A program made the translations under genes and the position numbers. Shown here piece after piece: positions 21,509 through 31,468 of a DNA stretch of 64,000 bases; position 1 is the first letter of the stretch; every line of letters starts with the position of its first letter. Origin of the DNA: an uncultured cyanobacterium (lineage in GTDB: Bacteria; Cyanobacteriota; Cyanobacteriia; Cyanobacteriales; Nostocaceae); assembly GCA_963740315.1 (NCBI GenBank), contig CAVUDP010000002.1, positions 2,496,001 through 2,560,000 of the forward strand, written 5' to 3'. The notes under the pieces are model-generated. The model worked only from the letters and a program-made list of their open reading frames with translations, did not search any database and was not told where the DNA came from.

Positions 21509-21717
21509 TTTTTTGTCTCTTTGTTGAGGATTTACGCGAAAAATACTGATAAAAAAAGCAATAAATATTACTATTTTTTTAGTTTTATATGATAAAAATA
21601 AGGATGCTAAATTGAGCCTGCCTTGCAAGCTTTGTTCTTGTAGCTTTTAACTGATAATGTTTCGGTAGCAGATTAACTATTTAAAAAACTGTCGGAATAC
21701 ACAGAGAAAATAAAGCG

Positions 21718-21824
21718 ATAAGTACCTAAGCAAAATTAATTGTATATTGTCATTGCGAGGAACGAAGCAATCCCAGCGTTTTGAAGATTTTAGAATATTA
21801 AATTAATTTTGCACGACTACTTAT
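21718..21824. mobile_element. MITE-like shell between tetR and the adaptor gene
   Basis: ATAAGTA-n5-GCAAAATTAATT ... AATTAATTTTGC-n5-TACTTAT enclosing GTCATTGCGAG...GAAGCAATCCC. Confidence 0.5.
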
Positions 21825-21878
21825 AGGTAATTTAAAAGAAGCACAAATAATTAACCGAACCTAACAGCATTAATTATT

Positions 21879-22601
21879 TCAGCGCGCTCGATCGCTATAA
21901 GACATCCTACGATTATTCATCTTTAAATCTTGATTCGGTGCATCAAAATTACTGCTCATCCCTTGTTCTATAACTCTCACCAAATCATCAAAAACTTTAT
22001 CTACTACTTGCATATCTATTTTCAAAGGTTCTTCCGAAGTCAACTCTTCAGGCTCGATATTCATCTGACCTAAAATAAAGTTTCCTAACTCATTACCCAA
22101 CAAAGTGCTAACCACAAAAGCGGCTAAATCTGGTGAAATATCGGCACTAATATCTCCTCTATCTATCCCTTGACTAATTAACTGTTTTATGTAGTCTGTA
22201 GAAATTTCTTGAGTACGCTTGATTGCTTCGTCACGAAACGGTAAATTCCCATATACAGCCCCGTTGATAATCCGGCTAATTTTGGGATGCGCTAAATCAA
22301 ACTGAGCGCTTGCTCCGAGCAACCAGCGCAAATAACGAAAAAACCCTTTTTGTAATTCTGGTGGATCTGTACTGCGTAAAAAAGTAATCCTTTCTTGACT
22401 CGCTAACTCAACAAGATGCAAATAAAGGTCTTTCTTATCCTGAAAATATTGATAGAAGCTACCTTTGGCTATTTTCGCATTCGCAACAATTCGAGAAATC
22501 GAAGCGCTGTTATAGTCATAAGTTGCAAATTCCGCGATCGCAATTTCCGTAAGCGCTTTTCGTTTATTTTCTGGTAGATTGAAAAAGGTTTGATTCGGCA
22601 T
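21879..22601 (-). CDS. TetR/AcrR-family transcriptional regulator
   Basis: MPNQTFFNLP start; ASISRIVANAKIAKGSFYQYFQDKKDLY helix-turn-helix. Confidence 0.93.
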   Translation of the reverse strand: MPNQTFFNLPENKRKALTEIAIAEFATYDYNSASISRIVANAKIAKGSFYQYFQDKKDLYLHLVELASQERITFLRSTDPPELQKGFFRYLRWLLGASAQFDLAHPKISRIINGAVYGNLPFRDEAIKRTQEISTDYIKQLISQGIDRGDISADISPDLAAFVVSTLLGNELGNFILGQMNIEPEELTSEEPLKIDMQVVDKVFDDLVRVIEQGMSSNFDAPNQDLKMNNRRMSYSDRAR

Positions 22602-22630
22602 AGCTAGAAATTCGATTATTTAAAATATAG

Positions 22631-22689
22631 TGACTTGTAAGTCATGTGACTTTATAGTCACTATATTAGCAAACACCTCATGCTGTCAA
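22631..22689 (-). promoter_or_regulatory. Sigma70-type promoter with a double palindromic operator, upstream of tetR
   Basis: TGAC-ttgtaa-GTCA-tg-TGAC-tttata-GTCA (22631-22660). Minus strand TTGACA (22689-22684), N18, TATAGT (22665-22660). Confidence 0.8.
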
Positions 22690-22721
22690 CCCCATCTGAA
22701 GATAGAGAACTTGTTAAAATA

Positions 22722-22890
22722 GGTTTGTAGTAGGGAATGAGCGTGCTTGAGAGAGCTAAAGCTTTTACTACGAACCTTTGCGTGCTTGAGAGCTAAAGCT
22801 CTTACTACGAACCTTTGCGTGCTTGAGAGAGCTAAAGCTCTTACTACGAACTTTTGCCTCGGAGAGCTAAAGCTCTTACTACGAACTTTT
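22722..22890. repeat. REP-like element with the right arm tandemly amplified four times (GAGAGCTAAAGCTCTTACTACGAAC)
   Basis: Left arm GGTTTGTAGTAGGG followed by four near-identical units of about 33-39 bp. Confidence 0.8.
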
Positions 22891-22891
22891 G

Positions 22892-24607
22892 TTAATTTAA
22901 CGTGCGTTCGTAGATTACACTACCTTGAGCATCGTAAACAATCAAAGGTACGTCGGCGTTGTCGCTGATTGCTTCTAAGGCTTGCTGTAAAGTTTGTAGG
23001 TGATTGTTGACACCTGCAATAATATCTGTATCTCTTTGAGCGCTGGCTTCAGCCAAATTATCTTGCAAGTTTTGCTCGTAATCGGGAGTTATCCGCACGG
23101 TGATTCCTTGACTACCCATGATATAAGTACAAACGCGAATCTCACCGGAACAGGTTTTATCTAAATCGGAACGGGTTTTCTGTATTCGGATGGCGACTTG
23201 TAATTTTTCTTGGGCTTGTTGAAGAGAAGCCGATACAGGTACAACTAATTGTTGAGCTTGAACATTATACAGGCTGTTACTAGCAACCCGTTGGGCGGAG
23301 TTTAAAGCGGTTTGCCACTGTGCTACTGCTGAGTACCATTGGTTTTGTCGTTCGTAACCCTCGGCAAGGTTAACTGCGTTGACGGCTTGTTTATAAGTCT
23401 TGGCTGCCGTCAATTCTTTGGTAATGCGGTTTTTTGCTGCTAATAATCGGGGCTTATACTCGAATATCAGTTTTTGTGCATCGGAATGTGCCGAACTTTT
23501 GAAAGGAATGGGAGTTAATGCATTTACGGCTACTTGCCAAGTCGATTCAACTTTCTGCCAGTCTTGCAAAGTTTTAGCAGTTGTCTCTCGCTTTTCGGCA
23601 ACGATCGCTACGGCTTTGGCTGAAGTGATTTTTTTCGCCCATTTATCTTCTTTCGCTAACTGAGTATTGATTGCTAGTAAATTACTGCGATAGCTGGCAA
23701 GTTTTTTTTGCGCTAATTGATAAAGTTCGTCGTCGGGATTAATTGCTTCTAAGGGTGCGATCGCTTGTCGCCATAACCTGCGTCTATCTTGTAGCTCTTC
23801 TAAATTAGTGGGAGCCGCCAGACTTTTTTCCGTTGCGATCGTTGCTGCTTGATAAGCTGTAAATACCTGTTGAATTTTTGCTGATTTCTCAGTCAAACTA
23901 AGCGAAAGTCGTTGTGATTCTTGAGAATAAGGGGATAAATTGGGGATTTGCCCCAGATTTGCGTTTGCTGAATCAATTTGACGCTGCAAACGAGCTAAAT
24001 CTTGTTTGGAGTTGATTTCTTTAGTTAGTTCTTCATAAGAGCTATTTAAATTTTGTGCGGTTTTTAGTTGATTGCATTTAGTTATCAAACAAGGGCGAGT
24101 TGCAACATAAGCACCGCCTAAAGTTGCACTAATTATTACCCCAACTACCGCAAGTAAAATCAGTTTGATATTGAAACCCGAATTTGATTCTGAATGCTGG
24201 GGTGAATCGGGTACGGCAAGCGAGCTTAATGACTCATCCTCCTCATCGATTGGTAAATAAGTCAAAGCTGAGGAATCGGGGTTTTCACCACCGTCACCAC
24301 CGTATTGCTCCAGAGTAAAGGAACGTTTGGCGTAAGGAAGCTTGACTCCATCTACTCGTAAGAAAACGTCTGCTTTTTCTTGTTGGTAATCGCCAGAATT
24401 ATTTTGCAGTGCTTCTTCAAAAACTGTAAAAATATTTTCGGTATCGACTGCCACACCTTGGGGGTGCTGAGTTAAAATCATTAGCTGATGATTTTTTACA
24501 GCACACTTGACTCTGAAGAATTCTCCAGATGGAACGTCTGCACGTAGATGTTCCTGCAAATTGTTTGCTAACAGTTGTAAATTATCCTGCTGAGTCGCTA
24601 CTGTCAT
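22892..24607 (-). CDS. Hypothetical single-pass membrane protein with a long helical/TPR-like region
   Basis: 571 aa ORF; TM segment around residues 148-168; repeated W..A...L..I helical units. Confidence 0.75.
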   Translation of the reverse strand: MTVATQQDNLQLLANNLQEHLRADVPSGEFFRVKCAVKNHQLMILTQHPQGVAVDTENIFTVFEEALQNNSGDYQQEKADVFLRVDGVKLPYAKRSFTLEQYGGDGGENPDSSALTYLPIDEEDESLSSLAVPDSPQHSESNSGFNIKLILLAVVGVIISATLGGAYVATRPCLITKCNQLKTAQNLNSSYEELTKEINSKQDLARLQRQIDSANANLGQIPNLSPYSQESQRLSLSLTEKSAKIQQVFTAYQAATIATEKSLAAPTNLEELQDRRRLWRQAIAPLEAINPDDELYQLAQKKLASYRSNLLAINTQLAKEDKWAKKITSAKAVAIVAEKRETTAKTLQDWQKVESTWQVAVNALTPIPFKSSAHSDAQKLIFEYKPRLLAAKNRITKELTAAKTYKQAVNAVNLAEGYERQNQWYSAVAQWQTALNSAQRVASNSLYNVQAQQLVVPVSASLQQAQEKLQVAIRIQKTRSDLDKTCSGEIRVCTYIMGSQGITVRITPDYEQNLQDNLAEASAQRDTDIIAGVNNHLQTLQQALEAISDNADVPLIVYDAQGSVIYERTLN

Positions 24608-25308
24608 AAAGCCCCGTTCCGTTCCGTTTAGTTTCTGAAATTATTTGTACAAGTGGGTAAGACCAACTTTTTATTAACTAGTCGCGATATCAAATCCGAA
24701 CGTTCATTTTTTAACACAATAAATCAGTTTTTACAAAAAGCTTAAAAATTAACCAAACTTAGATTTGGAAGTCATCTGGTGTGTTAGCTCTATTGATTTT
24801 AGCTATAGGGTAAATACTTAATTATCTGTCTTAAGAAGAAAAATTGCCGACATAAAATAATTTGATAGATATGATAATTTTTTTCGTGAAAGTGGGAATA
24901 ATAAGAATATTTATTTTTTCAATTTTGCGATAAATTGTTTCAAAAGTTAATAAATAGCTCTAAAGATAGATAGATTTGATTGCCGATAATTTCTTACATT
25001 ATTTTTACGATCTAATACCCAAAAGCTTAGTATGTAAGAAGTGTAGCTATTTATCAATTAAATTGCGTGTAATTGAAAATGTAAGCATTTTTACTGATAT
25101 GATGCGTTACTTACTATAAAGTAATAAGGTGTGAGAGCAGTTTTTAAATTTACCCAAACTACGCTATTAGATAGAATTAGGAACGGAAAATAACTGGTTT
25201 TTAACAGCTTGTTTTTAACGGCTTAAAATAAAAGACTGATTATTCGGGTGCAGTGTTTATGCATAACAGCACCTACCTTCACCCTTCACAAGTTGCAACA
25301 AAAGGTGT

Positions 25309-26538
25309 GTGTCAATGGAATTATTGGAATATCAAGTAAAAGAATGGTTTGAGAAAATAGGTATTCCTGTATTACCTTCTCAAACAATTGACCATCCTAC
25401 CGATATTAAGCGTTTAAAAATCAACTTCCCAATAGTTTTAAAATCTCAGATTTACGGAGGGGCACGTGCTGCTTCTGGTGGAGTCAGATTTGTAGAAACT
25501 ACAATCGATGCGATCGCCGCCGCGCAAAACATATTTAATCAGGCGATTGGTGGCGAATTACCGGAAGTTTTATTAGCGGAAGCAAAATACAACATCGAAC
25601 GAGAGTTATACCTGGCGATCGTTTTAGATACAGCGGTATGTCGTCCCATATTGTTGGGTTGTAATGAAGCGGATATCGATTGGGAAGAAGCTGGGGAGAA
25701 AATGCAGCACGTTGTGGTAGAGGAGCAATTTTCTCCTTATTATGCTCGCAGACTGGCTTTAAAAATGGGTTTGCAAGGTGCTTTGATGCAGTCAATAAGT
25801 AACGTTATCGAAAAGATGTACCGATTGTTTGTAGAGAAAGACTTGGATTTAGTGGAAATTAATCCCTTGGGCGTAAATTCTTCGGGACAAGTCATGGCTC
25901 TCAATGGTAACGTCAGCATCAACGAAAGAGCTATCCGTCGTCATCAAGACATTACTTTAATGGCTCGAAAATTGATTAGCCGCAACCTTTCGGAAAAGAA
26001 AAATGGCAGCTTTGGCAATTGGTATGGGGCTGAAAGCGGTAAAATAGGCATTTTAGGAAACGGCGCAGGTTCGGTTATGGCAACTTCAGATTTAGTTGTA
26101 AATAATGGTGGCAAACCTGGAATATGTCTAAATTTACGACACGCATTTCTAACCGACACTACACCAACAACTTTTAATACCCGTTTGGAAAAAGCTTTGC
26201 AAATTTTGGCTGCTGATAAAAGTATTCAAGTAATACTGATTAACTTTTTAGGTGGTATTCCTCAAGTCGCGGAAGTCGTGGAAGCAATTGCAAATTTTAT
26301 TCAAGAGCAACCACAACAATTTAATTCCCCAGGATTTGTTTCAAATGGTACTAAAAATCGTAAAGGCTTTTCTCTTCCTAAATTGGTTATTCGTTTAGCT
26401 GGTGCCGATCTGGATACAGCCAAAAAGTACTTATTAGATTTAACCAAGGTAGGTGAAAGTCCTATATTACTAGTAGAAAGTTTAGATGAGGCGGTAGCGA
26501 CTGCTGTTAAGCTCACAAAAACCAATGCTAAAAAGTAA
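25309..26538 (+). CDS. sucC: Succinyl-CoA synthetase beta subunit-like (ATP-grasp), divergent
   Basis: MELLEYQVKEWF, VLKSQ, ERELYLAI, LVEINPL and GNGAGSVMAT motifs. Confidence 0.8.
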   Translation: MSMELLEYQVKEWFEKIGIPVLPSQTIDHPTDIKRLKINFPIVLKSQIYGGARAASGGVRFVETTIDAIAAAQNIFNQAIGGELPEVLLAEAKYNIERELYLAIVLDTAVCRPILLGCNEADIDWEEAGEKMQHVVVEEQFSPYYARRLALKMGLQGALMQSISNVIEKMYRLFVEKDLDLVEINPLGVNSSGQVMALNGNVSINERAIRRHQDITLMARKLISRNLSEKKNGSFGNWYGAESGKIGILGNGAGSVMATSDLVVNNGGKPGICLNLRHAFLTDTTPTTFNTRLEKALQILAADKSIQVILINFLGGIPQVAEVVEAIANFIQEQPQQFNSPGFVSNGTKNRKGFSLPKLVIRLAGADLDTAKKYLLDLTKVGESPILLVESLDEAVATAVKLTKTNAKK

Positions 26539-27040
26539 CAATAAAATTACTAAAATAAGAGTATTCTATTTTTAGAAGACGCGCCGGTATATATCAAATC
26601 TCTCGATCCTATATGCCTTCCGTCATTCTTACTTAAGCTTGTTTGGGGGTAAGGTTTTTGTAATAATAAGTAAATATTTATTTATAAATGTAGCAACGCG
26701 CCATCATAGCTTTTTTCAAGCTTTATAACTTGAATGGCGACTATTATATCAGTAGGTAATTAATGTCTAATAGTTAATAATTTTATAGTCAAATAATTAG
26801 GCACAGAGGTGTAATATATCAATTCACAGCAACCAAAATCTACGTTTTGATTTAATTCAATATTCTTGTGTAGCTTTAGTTGAATATAAAAAAATCATCG
26901 CCTCATAACCTTATCTTAACCTAAAACCTTCTTTGTTTGAAATGTCATATTCGCGCATTACAGCTAATAAGGTGACACCATGCATATTGTTTATGAGTGA
27001 GTCAAACGGCTAAATTATCCTTCAATTATTATGCTTTTTT

Positions 27041-27922
27041 ATGAATTTAACGCCAGAGAGTAAAGTAATCATCCAAGGCTTCAGCGAGTTTATCTCAGCA
27101 ACTCATATATCTCAAATGAAGGCATACGGTACAAATCTTGTCGCAGGGGTTAATCCTGGATGCAGTGGAAGTAAACTGTACGATCTGCCGGTGTTTGATT
27201 TGGTAGAAGAAGTCATAGATAAATATGGGATAATCGACACCACAATTATCTGCGTACATCCTTACCAAGTTTTAGATGCAGCATTAGAAGCAATGGGTTC
27301 TGGTATTAGTCAAATTATTATCATCTCTCCTGGAGTACCTCCATTAGACATGGTGAATTTATTTCGCCGCGCCGAAGCAGAAGAAACCATAATTGTCGGA
27401 CCAAATAGCCCTGGGATTATTGTGCCAGGAAAGATTTTGTTAGGCACTCACCCCAGCGAATTTTATACTCCCGGAGAAGTGGGAATAGTTAGTCGCAGCA
27501 CTACCTTAACTTATGAAATTGCTTGGGAATTAACAGAAGCCGGTTTAGGGCAGTCAATTAGTGTAAGCATTGGTAGCGACGGGGTTGTGGGATCTTCCTT
27601 TATCCAATGGCTGCAAATTTTGGATGAAGACGACAACACTCAAGTCATAGTTTTAGTAGGGCAACCGGGCGGGGGGCGTGAAGAAGCCGCAGCAAATTAT
27701 ATATCGGAAATGATTGATAAACCAGTCATTGCTTACATCGCCGGAGTACACGCACCACCAGCAATACATTGGCGACAAACAGGAACATTAGCAGCAGTTA
27801 TAGGACGCGATCCAGATTTTGGCACTGCAAAAAGTAAATTAGAAGCCTTTGAAAAAGCAAACATACCCGTAGCGCAACGCCCTTCTGAGATTGCGAAATT
27901 AGTTAGGAAGGCGCTGAAGTAA
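27041..27922 (+). CDS. sucD: Succinyl-CoA synthetase alpha subunit-like; catalytic residues appear substituted
   Basis: KVIIQG, YGTNLVAGVNPG, GPNSPGII, SRSTTLTYE and KPVIAYIAG motifs. Confidence 0.8.
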   Translation: MNLTPESKVIIQGFSEFISATHISQMKAYGTNLVAGVNPGCSGSKLYDLPVFDLVEEVIDKYGIIDTTIICVHPYQVLDAALEAMGSGISQIIIISPGVPPLDMVNLFRRAEAEETIIVGPNSPGIIVPGKILLGTHPSEFYTPGEVGIVSRSTTLTYEIAWELTEAGLGQSISVSIGSDGVVGSSFIQWLQILDEDDNTQVIVLVGQPGGGREEAAANYISEMIDKPVIAYIAGVHAPPAIHWRQTGTLAAVIGRDPDFGTAKSKLEAFEKANIPVAQRPSEIAKLVRKALK

Positions 27923-27930
27923 CCATATTT

Positions 27931-28022
27931 GTTCGTAGTAAGTTCGTAGTAAGGGCATTGGTTCCCTTCCATGCAAGATAACAAACGATCGGATGAAAGA
28001 GTTAAAACTCTTACTACGAACC
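27931..28022. repeat. REP-like inverted dimer (GTTCGTAGTAAG...CTTACTACGAAC)
   Basis: Same family as 22722, 32314, 32441, 47651 and 53011. Confidence 0.7.
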
Positions 28023-28108
28023 TTTTTCTATAAAAAATTAGGAGTGAAAATTAAATCTTCACTCCTAAATCGGTAAGTTATCTCGGTTTTATTTCCAAGC
28101 CTTAAACC

Positions 28109-28596
28109 TCAAACTTTTGATTGAGAAAACAACGCTTTAGTTGCCGATTCTCCTGCCGATTTAACTTGCTTGATTAAATACCAGTTTAATAAACCTAGAA
28201 TGGCTATTTGGCAAAGAAAAGCAATAAAAACTGTAGCGACTGTAGAATTGTCAACACTGTACCAGAAACCAATTGTGAATCGCCACAAAATATTTCGCGG
28301 CTGAACGTAGAGAATCTCTAAAATTATTACTGGTAAAATTATTACTGCACTCGTTGTTCCCATTGCCCATAAAGCGCGTTTGGAGTTTTTCAAGATCAAC
28401 ATGATTTGAGCAATGGTCGCGTAGATCGTGTTTAAACTGATAAAAAGTAATAAGAAACTCAAAATCAATAAAATATTTTGGCGAACATATGAGCTTTCAG
28501 TACTTGCTTTCAAAAATAGTACGAGAAAAGCACTTGCAGCAATTAATAGATCGATCGCGATCGCTAAAATAGCTGGACTTTTTTCACCAAATATTA
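28109..28596 (-). pseudogene. C-terminal remnant of an ABC-2 type permease
   Basis: Open frame LIFGEKSPAILAIAIDLLI...GESATKALF begins abruptly at the stop of the ATPase gene, with no start codon or N-terminus. Confidence 0.6.
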
Positions 28597-29487
28597 AAAA
28601 GGAATTCCAGCAGTGACAAGAGAACGCAATAAATCGGCTGAGTCTTGTTGTTCTCCGGTAAAATTGATTTTGACGCTATTTTGATTTCCTATTTGATTTC
28701 CTAATACTTCCCACTCTTTGACTAAAGGATTATTTTTCAATTCGCTGTGGAGCGCTTCTTGTTTTCCTAAAGTCGAAATAATTATTTGCTGGGTAGCACA
28801 ACTTTGATAAAGTTCTTGCAGCGAAGTACTTTCGACTAAAAAGCCAAGTTCCATAATTCCCACGGAGGTGCATAGCTCGGCTAAATCGCTCAAAACATGG
28901 GAAGAAATCAAGATTGTCATTCCCGCTTCTTGCAATACTTTGATGATTTCTCGAAACTGCATCCTAGCGATGGGATCGAGTCCGGAAACTGGTTCATCGA
29001 GCAGCAGTATAATCGGTTCGTGAATAATGGTTCGAGCCAAACACAAACGCTGTTTCATCCCCCTTGATAAGGTAGAAATTAAACTATTACGCTTATTTTC
29101 TAATTGGATTAGCTCTAAAACTTCGTGTAACCTTTTGGTACGTTTAGGTTCTCGTAGAAGATATAACCTGGCAAAATAATCCAGGTAATCCCAAACCGTT
29201 AACTCTTTGTAGAGAGGATAATCATCCGGTAAATAGCCTAAACGACGCTTCAAAGTTGGGTTGGTTTTATCCCGACGCAGGCGATCGCCATTTAAATAAA
29301 TTTCCCCCGAAGTTGGTTCTTCTGCTGCTGCTAACATCCGAATTAGCGATGTTTTCCCCGCACCATTAGGTCCTATAAGTCCGTAAACTTCTCCTTCACC
29401 GATTTCTAAATCAACGTTATTTACAGCTATATATTTATCAAACTGTTTGTATAGTCCACTGGTACGAATGGCTAATTCTTTTACCAT
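28594..29487 (-). CDS. ABC transporter ATP-binding protein, probably C-terminally truncated
   Basis: GPNGAGKT, LSRGMKQR, LLLDEP and SSH motifs; ends abruptly at AGIPF. Confidence 0.85.
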   Translation of the reverse strand: MVKELAIRTSGLYKQFDKYIAVNNVDLEIGEGEVYGLIGPNGAGKTSLIRMLAAAEEPTSGEIYLNGDRLRRDKTNPTLKRRLGYLPDDYPLYKELTVWDYLDYFARLYLLREPKRTKRLHEVLELIQLENKRNSLISTLSRGMKQRLCLARTIIHEPIILLLDEPVSGLDPIARMQFREIIKVLQEAGMTILISSHVLSDLAELCTSVGIMELGFLVESTSLQELYQSCATQQIIISTLGKQEALHSELKNNPLVKEWEVLGNQIGNQNSVKINFTGEQQDSADLLRSLVTAGIPF

Positions 29488-29834
29488 TATTTTTTTAGTG
29501 GGGCTGACGTTTTTGACTAACTTAGCTTTGCTCTACAGCGTTTACCTGAGTAATTTCGGATATTAATACGTATTTGTAATAAAACTTTTTATCAAGTAAA
29601 TATACTTAAGCGAGAGTTCATTTGAGTGAGGTACAGGACATAATAAGCGAGGAGGGAGTAGGGAGTAGGGAGTAGGGAGTATAGGAATGTACTTCATTTA
29701 TTCTCAATTCTCAATTCCCAATTCCCAATTGCCCTTAACTAAAATAAAAAGGGACAATAACCCTCTACCTCTAAGTACCCTTGCCCGGTATGATATAAAA
29801 TCTGCCCAAGTTAAAAAAATCATTTAGAACCACT

Positions 29835-30920
29835 ATGACCCAGAACTACCGCATTACCCTACTTCCTGGCGATGGCATTGGACCCGAAATCATGGCTGTA
29901 GCGGTAGATGTCCTTAAAGTCGTAGGAAAAAAGTTTGATATCCAGTTTGAATTTCAAGAAGCCTTAATTGGCGGTGCTGCGATCGATGCGACAAACGAAC
30001 CTTTACCGGAAGCTACATTAAAAACCTGTAGAGATAGCGATGCAGTTTTACTAGCTGCGATCGGCGGTTATAAATGGGATGAATTATCATCAAACAAGCG
30101 TCCCGAAGCCGGTTTACTAGGATTGCGGGCTGGTTTAGAATTATTTGCGAATTTACGTCCGGCGAAAATTATACCTCAATTAATTGACGCTTCAACTTTG
30201 AAAAAAGAAGTTGTGGAAGGCGTTGATATTATGGTAGTGCGCGAACTAACTGGGGGAATTTATTTTGGTAAACCCAAAGGAGTTTTTGAGACGGAAACCG
30301 GGGAAAAGCGGGGAATAAATACAATGGCTTATACTGAAGCAGAAATCGAACGCATTGGTAAAGTCGCTTTTGAAACAGCCCGCAAACGTGGAGGTAAACT
30401 CTGTTCTGTAGATAAAGCCAATGTTTTAGAAGTGTCTCAACTGTGGCGCACCAAAATTACCAAACTTGCTGAAGAATACCCGGATGTAGAACTATCTCAT
30501 CTTTATGTAGATAATGCCGCCATGCAGCTATTACGCGCTCCCAAGCAGTTTGATACTATCGTTACCGGCAACTTATTCGGCGATATTCTTTCCGATGCCG
30601 CAGCCATGCTTACCGGCAGTATTGGTATGTTACCATCTGCTAGTCTAGGAGCAAATGCACCTGGAGTATTTGAACCAGTCCACGGTTCAGCCCCCGATAT
30701 CGCCGGACTTGATAAAGCCAATCCTTTAGCACAGATTTTGAGTGCAGCGATGATGCTACGCTACGGTTTAAACCAAAGTGATGCAGCAGACTACATAGAA
30801 AGATCGGTGTTTCAAGTTTTACAAAATGATTTCCGCACTGGAGATATAATGTCCGCAGGAATGAATCAAGTGGGTTGTCAAGCTATGGGCAAAGCGCTGA
30901 TTCAAACTTTAGAAAAATAA
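29835..30920 (+). CDS. leuB: 3-isopropylmalate dehydrogenase
   Basis: [30 protein letters not shown] and [12 protein letters not shown] motifs. Confidence 0.97.
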   Translation: MTQNYRITLLPGDGIGPEIMAVAVDVLKVVGKKFDIQFEFQEALIGGAAIDATNEPLPEATLKTCRDSDAVLLAAIGGYKWDELSSNKRPEAGLLGLRAGLELFANLRPAKIIPQLIDASTLKKEVVEGVDIMVVRELTGGIYFGKPKGVFETETGEKRGINTMAYTEAEIERIGKVAFETARKRGGKLCSVDKANVLEVSQLWRTKITKLAEEYPDVELSHLYVDNAAMQLLRAPKQFDTIVTGNLFGDILSDAAAMLTGSIGMLPSASLGANAPGVFEPVHGSAPDIAGLDKANPLAQILSAAMMLRYGLNQSDAADYIERSVFQVLQNDFRTGDIMSAGMNQVGCQAMGKALIQTLEK

Positions 30921-31025
30921 TTAGACAAATAATTACTTTTTTAATTTCCGTCGGAATAATTTAGTCTTCCTATTGGATTTCAGATACAGTTAATTGCAAA
31001 CCTAGTCACAAAACAGAAGTAATAC

Positions 31026-31286
31026 GTGTACGGATTACGACAAGGACAGGAAAACTTTACGAACCCCGTGACGCAATCTCCTTTGATTGACTCTTCTCTC
31101 ATCAGGTCTGCGGGTCAAATATACTACACATACTGCGAAGTGCATCCAGAAATTGTTGGACAAGCTTCAGGAGTAGCAATTAATCGTAGCAATCATCGAG
31201 GAAAAGTAATTTTTACACAGCAACCAGTTCTTTTACCCCAAGAGTGTTTCGTTCCTTTGAATCAAATCGAATCTCATATGTATTAG
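31026..31286 (+). CDS. Small hypothetical protein (86 aa)
   Basis: ORF between leuB and pilD on the same strand; GVAINR...GKVIF...LLPQECFVP. Confidence 0.6.
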   Translation: MYGLRQGQENFTNPVTQSPLIDSSLIRSAGQIYYTYCEVHPEIVGQASGVAINRSNHRGKVIFTQQPVLLPQECFVPLNQIESHMY

Positions 31287-31390
31287 GAGTTAGTTGTTAG
31301 TTGTTAGTTGTTAGGAGTTAGTTGTTAGGAGCTAGGAGTTAGAAATTCTACCCCCTCTACCCCCTCTACCCCCTCTTCCCCCTCTTCCTT
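31286..31390. repeat. STRR arrays (GTTAGTT/GTTAGGA, then CTACCCCCT)
   Basis: Read directly. Confidence 0.7.
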
Positions 31391-31468
31391 GTTTCAATAC
31401 AATCCGGGTAATTACTAATTACGTATTACGAATTAAGAATTACTTTGGACGAATGATTTTGGAATAAC

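Noticed and set aside
22741..22890. Possible mini CRISPR array (four regularly spaced repeats)
   Set aside because: Intervening sequences are short and near-identical rather than unique spacers, no cas genes are present, and the unit is one arm of a dispersed REP-like family
22747..22968. 73-aa ORF
   Set aside because: Read through the REP tandem array and antisense into the next gene
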